Part shown: one piece after another, positions 16,732-26,737 of the stretch
How positions within the stretch are numbered: position 1 is the first letter of the stretch
Layout of the letters: every line of letters starts with the position of its first letter
Source of the DNA: Verrucomicrobiota bacterium
Lineage (GTDB): Bacteria > Verrucomicrobiota > Verrucomicrobiia > Limisphaerales > CANJSG01
DNA length: 64,000 nucleotides
Direction: 5' to 3'
Assembly (NCBI GenBank): GCA_038209745.1
Contig: JBBQXJ010000014.1
Coordinates: forward strand, 1 to 64,000
The notes under the pieces: generated by a model
What the model saw: the letters and a program-made list of their open reading frames with translations, nothing else
The model's database searches: none
What the model was told of the DNA's origin: nothing
Made by a program: the position numbers and the translations under genes

Positions 16732-18798
16732 TCATTGGAAGGTGCAGAACGCGGTCGAGGGAACGGCTTGCAGCGGAATGTCGGGACCGCTGTATTCCAG
16801 CCGGAGGACCGGGGCTCCCCCGACATGCCGGTAGAACAGGCGGAACGGATGCAGTCCTGCCTTCAGGCGGACGCTGCCGGTGCGGACGGATCCGTCATGG
16901 CCGAAGTCGTCGTCGATCACCAGCGCTTCATGCAGACGCAGCGTGGCGCCCGCATCGGAGCGGAGCTGGAAGGTATATTCTCCTTCGGTCGGGGCGATGA
17001 ACCAGCCGCTGAAGCGCAGGCCGAAGTTGTTAGTCTTTCCGGTCTTGGCAACGTCCAGAGCCGGCATCGAGGTGGTGCGGGTGGGAGTCAACGCGTCGAA
17101 GTCGGGCACCCACGGCCATTGGCCTTCATAGACCGCCACATCGATCTGGTTGGCGAGCGGGGCCGAAACGGGCACCGCCGGAATCGCTTCTTGGTCGTAG
17201 GGTCGCGGCGCGCCGGCGTCGGGGCGGCGCATCCCGAGCACGGCATCCTTCATCTGCTGCTGCAGCTCCGGGCGTTTCGCCGCGAGATCGGTCGTCTCTT
17301 TGGGATCATGGACGATGTCGTAGATCTCGAAGTCGTCCTTGTGGGAGACGACGTTGTAGCGGACGCCGATGAAATCGCCGAGACGGATGGCCTGCATCTG
17401 GCGGCGGCGCCGGCCGCGATGAGCGGTCTCGAAGGCGCGGTAGTCCGGGGTTTTCCCGCCTTCGAAGTATTCGACGTAGATATTGGGACGACGTTGGGCG
17501 CCGTGTCCGGTGAGCGTTGGCACCAGCGAACGTCCGTCGGTTCGGGCGGGCGGGGGCACACCCGCGAGTTCGGCGAAGGTCGGCAGCCAATCCCAGGAGC
17601 CCGAGGGCAGGGAGCTGGTGGATCCGGCACGAACGCCACCCGGCCAACGCACCAGGGCGCCGACCCGGACGCCGCCTTCCCAGCAGTCGCGCTTGATGCC
17701 GTCGAACGGTCCGAACGAACCGAAGAACGTGGGTTCGTAGTTTTCGGGCAGATACGATTCGCGGCTGGGGCCGTTGTCCGAGGTGAAGACGACGAGGGTG
17801 TTCTGGTCGATCTGGAGATCCTTCAGCAACTGCACGAGATCGCCGACGCAATGGTCGATCCGACGGACATCGGTGGCGTGGCGCTTGAAGACATCGGGCC
17901 AAGGCTGCTCCGGGGTGGCGGGGTCATGGTCGTGATCCCAAGTGGCGGTCGCGTAGGCGGGATCGGTCCAGCCATCGACCGTGCCGGTGGCCGTATTGAT
18001 CATGTGGCCCGGTTGACCGAGCCATTGCAGACCGCCGTTGGTGCCCCCGCCATCGGGATAGGCGCAGGGAGGGAGCTGGAGCTTGGCATGCGGGGTGTCG
18101 AAGGCGAGATACAGGAAGAAGGGCTGCTGCGGTTTCGTGCGGACTCGGTCGGTGATCCAGTGCTTGGCCCGCGCGGTGAACAGGTCGGTGGTGTAGCATT
18201 TGTCGAGGTCGGCGGCGACGTTGCGGCGGTTCTCCCAGACCTCCTTGCCGTCTTCTTTGGGATAGTGGGCGTGACCGTCGACGTGGCGGATGTAGCCGTA
18301 ATAGTCGTCGAACCCGCGCTCCAGCGGATGGGCCGGCCAGGCTGGCGGGGCGTCGGTCTTGCCCTGAAGTCCCCACTTGCCAATCGCGGCGGTGGCGTAG
18401 CCGGCTTTCCTGAGAACCGACGCCAGGGTGTGGTTGTTCTCCAGCGCCTTGTCGAACTGGTTGTCGCGCACATTGGCGTGGCCCTGGGTGACGCCGAGCA
18501 ACAGCGAGGCGCGTGAGGGCGCGCAGACGGGCGCGGCGCAATAGTGATGAGGCAGCTCCATGCCCTCTTTCGCAAACGCGTCGATCTGCGGAGTCAGGTG
18601 CCAAGGCTGGGACCGGTCGCCCTGCTCGCGGCGCAGGTTCTGGTGGAAGACGCCCAGATCTCCGAAGCCAAGGTCGTCGCAAAGTATGAAGACGATGTTC
18701 GGTCGGGGCGCCTCAGCGGCCCGCATCGAACCAATGCCCAACACACTGAAGGCGAAGGAAAGGAGGCAAACTTGGCAGAACAGGCGATCTTGCTTCAT
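16732..18798 (-). CDS. Arylsulfatase-family protein with C-terminal PA14 domain
   Basis: RPNIVFILCDDLG, CAPSRASLLLG and FTSDNGP; PA14-like tail FGLRFSGWFIAPTEGEYTFQLRSDAG...GLHPFRL. Confidence 0.9.
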   Translation of the reverse strand: MKQDRLFCQVCLLSFAFSVLGIGSMRAAEAPRPNIVFILCDDLGFGDLGVFHQNLRREQGDRSQPWHLTPQIDAFAKEGMELPHHYCAAPVCAPSRASLLLGVTQGHANVRDNQFDKALENNHTLASVLRKAGYATAAIGKWGLQGKTDAPPAWPAHPLERGFDDYYGYIRHVDGHAHYPKEDGKEVWENRRNVAADLDKCYTTDLFTARAKHWITDRVRTKPQQPFFLYLAFDTPHAKLQLPPCAYPDGGGTNGGLQWLGQPGHMINTATGTVDGWTDPAYATATWDHDHDPATPEQPWPDVFKRHATDVRRIDHCVGDLVQLLKDLQIDQNTLVVFTSDNGPSRESYLPENYEPTFFGSFGPFDGIKRDCWEGGVRVGALVRWPGGVRAGSTSSLPSGSWDWLPTFAELAGVPPPARTDGRSLVPTLTGHGAQRRPNIYVEYFEGGKTPDYRAFETAHRGRRRRQMQAIRLGDFIGVRYNVVSHKDDFEIYDIVHDPKETTDLAAKRPELQQQMKDAVLGMRRPDAGAPRPYDQEAIPAVPVSAPLANQIDVAVYEGQWPWVPDFDALTPTRTTSMPALDVAKTGKTNNFGLRFSGWFIAPTEGEYTFQLRSDAGATLRLHEALVIDDDFGHDGSVRTGSVRLKAGLHPFRLFYRHVGGAPVLRLEYSGPDIPLQAVPSTAFCTFQ

Positions 18799-18982
18799 CG
18801 GTGCTGAATGGTCGGCTGGAACCGGTGTTTTTAGTGACTGCGTGGGGCCAAATTTTCCCGCCTCGGCGATGGATTTAGTAGCGGCTTGTTTGGGCGGTGC
18901 CGTGAGGCAGGAGCGGACGGGCGGATATTGGGGGGCCAACCGCCCGGTGGGCTCCTGTTTCCTGCGGATGCTGAGGTCCGTG

Positions 18983-20452
18983 CTAGCGCAGGGTCGGACC
19001 GGTTCGTCGCCACTGTTCGCGCAAGGATTTCAAAGTGTCGGCAAACGCCGGATCCGCCGCAAGATCGCGCTGTTCGAAGGGATCGGCGCGCAGATCGTAG
19101 AGCTCTTCCAGCTCTGGATTGGGCGGCATCCAGCGGAGATAGGTCCAGCGTTCGGTGCGGATGCCTTCGCTGGGCGGAATGATCTTCGGCCCGAAGTGGT
19201 GTTCGTAGAAGAAGTCCGTGCGCCAGTCGGCCGGCCTTGCCCCGGTGAGGAACGGACGGAGGCTCTTGCCCTGCATCGTCTCGGGCAGCGGCAGCCCTGC
19301 CAAATCCAGCAGGGTGGGGGCGCAGTCGAGGTTCAGGGACAACGCATCTACGGTGCGGCCACGAGTGGATTCCGGCAGCCGTGGATCGGAGATGATCAAG
19401 GGCAGGCGAATGCTCGCCTCATACATCAGCCACTTGTCGGCCATGCCGCGTTCGCCGGCGAACCAGCCGTTGTCCGAGGTGAAGACGATCACGGTGTTGG
19501 TGCCGAAGCCCCGCTCGGCCAGCTTGGCCATGATGCGGCCGACTTCGCGGTCGATGCCGGTGACGAGCCGGTAGTAGTCGCGCAGGGTCGACTGGAACAT
19601 CTCGGGATTGGCGAAGCGTTTCTCCCAACGGCGCCGACCTTCGGATTGCTGGACGAATTCGGGCAGACGGCGAAACTGTTCGTCGGTGGCCGTCACCGGC
19701 ACCGGGAGCGTATTCGTCGCGTAGAGCGTCTCATCGCGGATGTCGGGCTGGAACTCGCGGGGTTTGCCGTCGCGGGCGTGGGGGGCGTTGAAGCTGATGG
19801 AGAGACAGAAGGGCTTCGCGGAGTCGCAGCCTTCGATGAACTCGAGGGCCTCGTTGCCGAAACGAGCGGTGGCGTGGGTCCGGGTCGGGTCCTTGGGATC
19901 GATGAACCATTCGCCGGCTTGTCCGGGCAGACCCCGCCAATAGTCGAAGTCCGTCTCCTTTGCCGCGATCTGTTTCGCGTTGCCGACGCCGAACTTGCCG
20001 ATGAACCCGGTGCGATAGCCGGCGGCCCGCAACAGCATCGGATAGGTGGCGGCCCATTGGATCGGAGTAAACGGCGTGGAGAAATTTCCGATGCCGTGGC
20101 GGCGCTCATATTGGCCCGAAAGGATCGAGGCCCGGCTGACGCAGCAGATCGCGGTCGTCGCGAAGTGGTTGACGAACCGGACGCCGGCTGCCGCCAGCCG
20201 ATCCAGGTTCGGCGTCTGGATGACGGGATTGCCCGCGCAGCCCATCGAGTCGAAGCGCTGGTCGTCGGTCAGGATGAAGACGAGGTTGGGCCGCGCTTTG
20301 GTGGGCGGAATCGTGCCGGCCGATCCCATCAGTGCTGGCATCAGGCAGAGTCCGATCAGCAGCAGTTGTCCGGTGGGAGAACGGCTGTGCCGCGGAAAGC
20401 TGAGCGAACGAAATGCGATCTGGATCCTTTGGGAAGTTCGGTGAATGAGCAT
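18983..20452 (-). CDS. Sulfatase
   Basis: RPNLVFILTDDQR, CCVSRASILSG and FTSDNGWFAGERGMADKW. The true start may be further downstream (about 20341). Confidence 0.92.
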   Translation of the reverse strand: MLIHRTSQRIQIAFRSLSFPRHSRSPTGQLLLIGLCLMPALMGSAGTIPPTKARPNLVFILTDDQRFDSMGCAGNPVIQTPNLDRLAAAGVRFVNHFATTAICCVSRASILSGQYERRHGIGNFSTPFTPIQWAATYPMLLRAAGYRTGFIGKFGVGNAKQIAAKETDFDYWRGLPGQAGEWFIDPKDPTRTHATARFGNEALEFIEGCDSAKPFCLSISFNAPHARDGKPREFQPDIRDETLYATNTLPVPVTATDEQFRRLPEFVQQSEGRRRWEKRFANPEMFQSTLRDYYRLVTGIDREVGRIMAKLAERGFGTNTVIVFTSDNGWFAGERGMADKWLMYEASIRLPLIISDPRLPESTRGRTVDALSLNLDCAPTLLDLAGLPLPETMQGKSLRPFLTGARPADWRTDFFYEHHFGPKIIPPSEGIRTERWTYLRWMPPNPELEELYDLRADPFEQRDLAADPAFADTLKSLREQWRRTGPTLR

Positions 20453-20552
20453 GGCGGTGGTCCGATGTCAGACGGTCAGGTTTTGGGAAAGATTACGTGG
20501 GCCGAGTGGCGGCGCACAGTCGAAGATGAGTGGTGTCGGAAAAACTTCCTGA

Positions 20553-20748
20553 GGCGGACCGATTCAGTAGAAATGAATGGGGATCGCAGCCGCCCCGGTT
20601 GCCGTCCGGCGCGCGCCCCCGCCGGACGCGGACACGTCCGGTCACACTAGCCGGTGAATCGTTTCCTATGCCTCACATGGACCGCGAGGGCGCGGTCCAC
20701 TGCGCCCGGGGCGGGCGTGCTCCCCAATCCCCACTGCCTCGTTCCGTC
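20553..20748. repeat. Dispersed palindromic MITE/REP-like repeat, copy B
   Basis: Aligns by eye with copy A (12684-12851). Its right end gcctcgttccg is the reverse complement of copy A's left end cggaacgaggc. Confidence 0.85.
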
Positions 20749-21234
20749 GCAGGTGGGTTCTGGAGGCTGTAGCGTATTGCCATGCGATTCCGTTTCAGGA
20801 CCCGCCAAAGCCCGGCCCGGTTGCGGTCAGGACGATTTTATGCCCCCTGTTTTGGCTGTTGATCGGTCAGAGTGACCTGTTCAATTTCACCGCGTTCCCC
20901 GTTTTAGCGACCGTCGGCATTTCTGCTGGGGCTGCCCTTTGCAATTCTGAATTTCTTCCTGGTGGAAGGAACGATGGCCCCTTGAGCCGGAACCGTGTGC
21001 CGGCCCTTGGGGCCATCGTGTTTTCAGGACATCAGTCGGGAGCAGGGCGTCGTTGTGGACTCCTCTGTGCTGCTGGACTCACAGTTGAAGCAGATGAAGT
21101 TTTGCGATTTGATACTTTCAGAAAAGACATGTTCCCATTTTTTTCTGGGCCGTTTTGATGCACACTATGTCCTTAAATCCGATGACTTGGTCGATCCACT
21201 TCCTAGTCCAAAGCAATTATCCTGCGTGAATTCA

Positions 21235-22122
21235 ATGAACACAAACAACTCTCTCTGCGAGCGACAAGCGTTGCCCGGTCGCCAGCCAGGCGGGCGAACT
21301 TCTAACCCAGTGAGCGGAGGCCGTTGGGCTAGGTCTTCCGCTTTCACGCTGATCGAGCTTCTCGTGGTGATCGCGATCATTGCGATTTTGGCGGGCATGC
21401 TGCTGCCGGCGTTGGCCAAGGCGAAGGCACGCACGCAGGGCATCCAATGCATGAACAACTCCCACCAACTGCTGCTGGCTTGGACCATGTATACCGGCGA
21501 CAATCGGGAGTTTTTCCCGTGGGTGGATGATACCTCAAATCCGAACGTTGCCGCTTGGTGTGCAGGTGGTTGTGGTGGAAATTCGGGGAGCAGGACGGCT
21601 CCGATCTCCACAGATGCAAGCGCAGGCGATCTCAAAGTTTTGGAGCGAGGACAAATTTGGCCCTACAACAAGAGCTACAAGATCTACAAGTGCCCGGCCG
21701 ATCCGAAAAAGGCTAATTTTCAGGGGCAGCTAGTTCCAACCATCCGCAGCATGTCTGCCAGTCAGGCATTTAGCGCGGGCTCTTGGCTGCCGTATCCTAC
21801 CTTCCGCCGTTTCAAAAAGACCGGAGATGTGGGCAACCCGACCAAGACGTGGGTCTTCATCGACGAAGATCCCCTCAGCATCAACGATGGCGGTTTTGGC
21901 GTTCAGATGTGGCAGTACAACGACAAGACTGGGACGCCACGGATCGTCGACACTCCGGCCGGCTACCATGGTGGATCCGCCGGCGTCGCATTCTTGGACG
22001 GCCACTCTGAGGTTCACCATTGGAAGAACAAAGACACCTACAACAATAGTGGCGCCGGCAGCGGTATCCAGTATGCCGAAGATGTTGATTGGCTGTCCCA
22101 GAACACGTCCGTCAGGAGATAG
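21235..22122 (+). CDS. Prepilin-type N-terminal cleavage/methylation protein with H-X9-DG motif (DUF1559-like)
   Basis: [39 protein letters not shown] and C-terminal [14 protein letters not shown]. Confidence 0.92.
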   Translation: MNTNNSLCERQALPGRQPGGRTSNPVSGGRWARSSAFTLIELLVVIAIIAILAGMLLPALAKAKARTQGIQCMNNSHQLLLAWTMYTGDNREFFPWVDDTSNPNVAAWCAGGCGGNSGSRTAPISTDASAGDLKVLERGQIWPYNKSYKIYKCPADPKKANFQGQLVPTIRSMSASQAFSAGSWLPYPTFRRFKKTGDVGNPTKTWVFIDEDPLSINDGGFGVQMWQYNDKTGTPRIVDTPAGYHGGSAGVAFLDGHSEVHHWKNKDTYNNSGAGSGIQYAEDVDWLSQNTSVRR

Positions 22123-22139
22123 TCAGAGTTTTTAACCAC

Positions 22140-22179
22140 GGGGCGCCCAAGCCTTTGTAGGCTTGGGCGCCCCTTTTTT
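22140..22179 (+). terminator. Rho-independent terminator
   Basis: 15-bp perfect stem ggggcgcccaagcct / aggcttgggcgcccc, loop ttgt, followed by T6. Confidence 0.9.
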
Positions 22180-22307
22180 GTTTCGATCCAACGGCGCCGC
22201 TTCCGGAAGTCGGTTCGACCTGTTGGATCTTTTAGCTGTTTCGATTGTCACAATCGGGCCAAAGTCCCATCGAATAGATCACTCACCCAACCCACTACCA
22301 AACACCA

Positions 22308-25300
22308 ATGAAACAAAGACTCATAGCCTTGCTGGCGACCGTGCTTGGCACTGGCGCTCTCCACGCCGGTTTCTTGCCGGTCCCTTTGAACCCATCCAGC
22401 TTCAACGCGGATGTCGTCGTCGAAAAGGAGGCGCTTCCGGCTCTCAACCAGCGATCGACCGCCTCGGTGGATGGTGGCACCAACAACTCCGGCAACACCT
22501 GGTATGAAGTGGGCTACAACGCCGCGTCACCGGCGAGCGGGTTGCCGACGGCGGGAAGCACGTTCACCCACCTGACCTTCCCCGACCGCTCCTACGTGAT
22601 GGCGCCCAGCTTCACGGCGAACAACGCGATCCTGATCGATTCGGCAGTGACGAACGCGATCTTCTCGTTGACGACCCCGGCGGCGTTCGGCGCGCTTTCC
22701 ATCATTGCCAGCTCCGGCAACGGCGGCGGAAACATCATTGCGGTGGTGTCGCATCAGGACGGCTCCAAGGAGACGAATGTCTTCAATCCGGGCGACTGGT
22801 TCAATCGGGCCAACCAGGCGTGGACGGCCAACGGCCGTCTGAATGCACAGACCTACGGCTTGGCCGACGTGGACACCGGCAATCCCCGCCTGAATTCCTC
22901 GGAGTTCGCGCTGGCGAACACCGGCAGCCCGGTGACGAGCATTTCGTTCACCTACTCCACGGGGAACGCGAATGTGCACAACGCGATCTGGGCGGTCAGC
23001 GGCGGCTCGACCACCAATGGAGCGTTCTCCCCCATCGTCGTGACGGGCTTCAACCAGGACATGGTGGTCGAGGCCGGCTCACCGGCTCAGGGTCCGGTTC
23101 TGGACACGTTGGGAGCACCTGCCACTACCCAGACCTTGGACAGCGACCTCAACACGGGGAACACGTGGTATGAACGAGGCTACAACTTGAACAACCCGAC
23201 CAGCTCCGGGACCAACGCCGCGTTCAGCGGACTTCCGGCCCCCGGAGCGACCGTCACGGATACGAACGGAACCTACTCGTTCGTGATGCCGCCAACCTAC
23301 GTCGGAAACAACGCCGTCTTTTTGAACCAGACGGTCTTGGCAGCCACGATCACCCCGGCCACGCCGACCGCAGCCACGGTGCTCTCCTTCCTCGGCGCGT
23401 CCGGCGGCGGGCAGGCGAACCTCGGTTTCGTCGTCCACTATCAGGACGGCTCGATGCAGACCGGGATTCTTCCGATTCTTGATTGGTTCAGTGGTGGCAC
23501 TCCCGTGTTTCAGGCCAAGGGACGGGTCGCGTCGAATACCGGCGTTTTCGACTCGGTGAACAGCGCCAATCCGCGTCTCTTCCACTCCGACTTGGTTCTG
23601 GCGAACACCACCAGCCCAGTCACGAGCATCGATCTGGCCTACACCCAGGCCGGGCCGCGTCCCTCGATCTTCGCGATGAGCGCGAGCGCGGGCGTCGAGC
23701 TGCCGTTCTTCATCGTCCAGCCCGCTGGAGTCCGCAATTATTCCGGATCAGCCGCCAGTTTCGGCGCGGTCGCGTCGAGCACCGGCAGCTTGGCCTACAA
23801 GTGGCAGAAGGGGACGAACGGCGTTTTCGTCGATGTGTCGAACGGCGGCACGGTCTCCGGAGCAACCACCACCAACTTGGTGAACACCGCGTTCGGCCTG
23901 TCTGACGACGCGGACTACCGCTGCGTGGCGAGCAACAGCGCCGGTTCGGCCAACAGTTCCACTGTCCATCTCACGGTCGTTTCCGAACTTTCCGACATCA
24001 CGACCCCGGGCGATCCGATCTCGGTGCCTGCCGGATACGGCACGGACAACCCTCCGAACGAAAGCGTCAGCCACGCGATCGACAACCTCACGGGCAAGTG
24101 GCTGGGACGGGATGCGGACGGTGCGGCTCCTTTCGTTGGACCCGTGGGCATGGTTGTTACGCCCTCCTTGGGCCGCACGATCGTCTCCGGCATCAGGCTC
24201 TACACCGCGAACGACACCGAAGATCGAGATCCGAGGGACTACAAGCTCGAAGGCTCCAACAATGGCGGCGCCACCTATGCGGTCGTTTCCTCCGGTAATC
24301 TTGCTCTTCCCGGCGGGCGCAACGCCGGCGGTCTGAGTTTGGATCCGGTGAACCAGAACCTTCAGCAGCTGCTCTTCGCGAATACGGTCGGCTACAGCAC
24401 GTATCGCCTGTCGTTCCAGAACATGAAGAACAATGCCAACGTGGGATTGTTCCAGATCGCGGAGATCGAGCTCCTCGGCGTCGTCGACACTTCGGTGGGA
24501 CTGCCGGCTGTGTCGGTGTCGTTCACTATGGCGAACGCCGTGATCGGGCAACCCGTCACCATGACCGGGACCGCGTTTGGCAATCCGACGCCGACCTACC
24601 AGTGGATCAAGAAGGGCGTCGCCGGCGACACCGTGCTGGTCAACGGCGGCAACATTTCAGGCGCTACTTCTGGAAGTCTGATGATCGCCGCCACCACTGC
24701 AAACGACGGCGGCCTCTACGCGCTGGTCGGCATCAACTCGCAGGGCTCGGTCACCAGCGCCCCGATCACGCTGACGCTCTTCAGCGGCAAGATGGACATC
24801 ATCACCACCGTGGGCGCCACCGCCACGTCCTTCGGAGGCGTCGACGACCAGGACGCCTCGTTCGCGATCGACCACTTGTTCAGCTCGTGGCAGAACCGGG
24901 GCCACGGCCCCAATGCCGGCGCCGGCTTCGCGCCGTTCGGCGGTCCTGTCGGCTTGGAGATCACGCCGGCGCAATCGACCATCGTCACCGGTCTGAGGCT
25001 CTATGCTTCCGACAGCAATCCCCAGGACGATCCGTTGGACTACAAGCTGGAAGGGTCCAACGACGGCGGGGTCACTTATAGGGCGCTCTCTTCCGGTTTG
25101 GTCGACCTGCCTCTGGCCCGTAACAATCTCGCCAACTCGGTCGCCCCCTCCAACCCCGACGGCACGCCCAACTCGGTCCGCGAGTTCCTGTTCGCGAATG
25201 GCCAGTCCTTCACCTCCTACCGGTTGACCTTCTCGGACATCCGGGTCGGCGGCGATACGGGTAGCTCCGGCACCCGGCTGTGGCTTGGGGAAGTCGAGCT

Positions 25301-25505
25301 GCTCGGCGTGGCTGGAACCGCGAGCCCAATCACTGTTTCAGTCATGAAACAGACGGGTGGAACGCTCGAGCTCCAGTGGACCTCCGGTTCGCTCCTGGAA
25401 TCGACCAACGTGACGGGGCCTTGGACGACCAACACCACGGCCGTATCGCCGTTTACGGTGACGCCGACTGAACCCCAGAAGTTCTACCAGATCCTCGGCC
25501 AGTAA
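22308..25505 (+). CDS. Large secreted multidomain surface protein (2 unrecognised repeats, 2 x [Ig + discoidin-like], C-terminal tail)
   Basis: Signal peptide; duplicated GNTWYExGYN / SGLP / HQDGS-YQDGS / DWF / NPRL domain; Ig motifs YKWQK...DADYRC and YQWIK...DGGLYAL; duplicated DPxDYKLEGSN...YRL(S/T)F...E(I/V)ELLG domain. Confidence 0.88.
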   Translation: MKQRLIALLATVLGTGALHAGFLPVPLNPSSFNADVVVEKEALPALNQRSTASVDGGTNNSGNTWYEVGYNAASPASGLPTAGSTFTHLTFPDRSYVMAPSFTANNAILIDSAVTNAIFSLTTPAAFGALSIIASSGNGGGNIIAVVSHQDGSKETNVFNPGDWFNRANQAWTANGRLNAQTYGLADVDTGNPRLNSSEFALANTGSPVTSISFTYSTGNANVHNAIWAVSGGSTTNGAFSPIVVTGFNQDMVVEAGSPAQGPVLDTLGAPATTQTLDSDLNTGNTWYERGYNLNNPTSSGTNAAFSGLPAPGATVTDTNGTYSFVMPPTYVGNNAVFLNQTVLAATITPATPTAATVLSFLGASGGGQANLGFVVHYQDGSMQTGILPILDWFSGGTPVFQAKGRVASNTGVFDSVNSANPRLFHSDLVLANTTSPVTSIDLAYTQAGPRPSIFAMSASAGVELPFFIVQPAGVRNYSGSAASFGAVASSTGSLAYKWQKGTNGVFVDVSNGGTVSGATTTNLVNTAFGLSDDADYRCVASNSAGSANSSTVHLTVVSELSDITTPGDPISVPAGYGTDNPPNESVSHAIDNLTGKWLGRDADGAAPFVGPVGMVVTPSLGRTIVSGIRLYTANDTEDRDPRDYKLEGSNNGGATYAVVSSGNLALPGGRNAGGLSLDPVNQNLQQLLFANTVGYSTYRLSFQNMKNNANVGLFQIAEIELLGVVDTSVGLPAVSVSFTMANAVIGQPVTMTGTAFGNPTPTYQWIKKGVAGDTVLVNGGNISGATSGSLMIAATTANDGGLYALVGINSQGSVTSAPITLTLFSGKMDIITTVGATATSFGGVDDQDASFAIDHLFSSWQNRGHGPNAGAGFAPFGGPVGLEITPAQSTIVTGLRLYASDSNPQDDPLDYKLEGSNDGGVTYRALSSGLVDLPLARNNLANSVAPSNPDGTPNSVREFLFANGQSFTSYRLTFSDIRVGGDTGSSGTRLWLGEVELLGVAGTASPITVSVMKQTGGTLELQWTSGSLLESTNVTGPWTTNTTAVSPFTVTPTEPQKFYQILGQ

Positions 25506-25523
25506 GCCCGGTGGATCCCACGC

Positions 25524-25565
25524 AAAGGCCCGGACTTCGTTTGAAGTCCGGGCCTTTTCATTTTT
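25524..25565. terminator. Terminator between convergent genes, possibly bidirectional
   Basis: aaaggcccggacttc-gttt-gaagtccgggccttt followed by a T-rich tail. Confidence 0.88.
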
Positions 25566-25605
25566 GGTCGGGAAGAATGCTTGGACAAGAGTCCTCCCGA
25601 GCGGA

Positions 25606-26667
25606 TCAGGCGGGTTTGATCTCCCGGGCCGCCGCGACACCCAAGGGCAGAGGCTGCAGCATTGGGCCGGAGCGATCAACGCGCTTGGCCGGATCGGTCT
25701 CGAAACTGACGGCGCGGAATCGGATCTGATGGCCGATCACCTCGGCGTGGGCGCCCACGGGACTGGAGCAGCCACCGCCGAGAGCGTTGAGAAATGTCCG
25801 CTCGGCCAGGACACAGCGCAGCGTATTCGCGTGGTTGAGCGTGTTGGCGAGTTCGACCCCTACCGCGTCGTTCGCTCGGATTTCCAAACCGATGGCGGCT
25901 TGTCCGACACAGGGGATCATCTCTTCGACGCTGATGGGTGAGGCAAGAATTCCTGCGGGAAGTGCGAATGCGGGAACTCCGGCCGGTTTGTGCGGGCCAA
26001 AGCGGAGGGAACCGTCGGGCCAGATCAAGAGCCCGAGGCGCTCCAACCCGGCGGCCGCCAGGATCGTTGCGTCGATGTCGTCGTGGTCGGCGACCTTCTG
26101 GATGCGGGTGGGCACGTTTCCGCGAATTGGGACGATCTGGAGGTCGGGTCGGATGTGTTTGAGCTGGGCTTCGCGGCGGGTGCTGCTGGTGGCGACAGTG
26201 GCCCCTTTGGATAGTTTCCCGATGGTCAGGTCCTTGGCAAAACCAAGGCGCTGCTTTTGTCCCGGCACCCAATCCTCAGGGGATTTTGTCCTGGCCGCTT
26301 GGTGGGTGGCGACGTGCCTGGCGTCCCGGTAGATGAGCACATCGCGCGGGTCGGCCCGCTTCAAGACCGCGCCCAGGATCAAGCCTTCGGGCAGATCGGT
26401 CGGAAGATCCTTCAAGCTATGGACGGCGATGGTGGCCTCGGCGGCGAGCAGAGCATCCTCGATTTCCTTCGTGAAAAGGCCCTTGGGCAGATCCAGGTCG
26501 GGATTCGAGAGAGAGGCCGTCTGGAGCTTGTCGCCGGTGGTCTTGATGACCTTGAGCTCGAAGGTGCGGCGGGGGAAGTGGCGGCGGCACAGGCCGAGAA
26601 CGGTGTTGGCCTGGGCGAGAGCCAGGGCGGAACCACGGGTGGCGATGAAGACGGTGTCGGTTTTCAA
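25606..26667 (-). CDS. hemC: Hydroxymethylbilane synthase
   Basis: IATRGSALALAQ, KGLFTKEIE, AVHSLKDLP, TSSTRR, IRGNVPTR and AERTFLNALGGGCSSP. Confidence 0.96.
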   Translation of the reverse strand: MKTDTVFIATRGSALALAQANTVLGLCRRHFPRRTFELKVIKTTGDKLQTASLSNPDLDLPKGLFTKEIEDALLAAEATIAVHSLKDLPTDLPEGLILGAVLKRADPRDVLIYRDARHVATHQAARTKSPEDWVPGQKQRLGFAKDLTIGKLSKGATVATSSTRREAQLKHIRPDLQIVPIRGNVPTRIQKVADHDDIDATILAAAGLERLGLLIWPDGSLRFGPHKPAGVPAFALPAGILASPISVEEMIPCVGQAAIGLEIRANDAVGVELANTLNHANTLRCVLAERTFLNALGGGCSSPVGAHAEVIGHQIRFRAVSFETDPAKRVDRSGPMLQPLPLGVAAAREIKPA

Positions 26668-26737
26668 TGGTTCGGGTATCGGTTGCGTTGAGCGAAAAAT
26701 CGGGAGCTTTGGCGGACGGGTTTTCTGGGGCGGAAAC

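Noticed and set aside
20995..21234. 80-codon N-terminal extension of the prepilin ORF
   Set aside because: AT-rich promoter-like sequence; the prepilin leader fits a start at 21235 or later.
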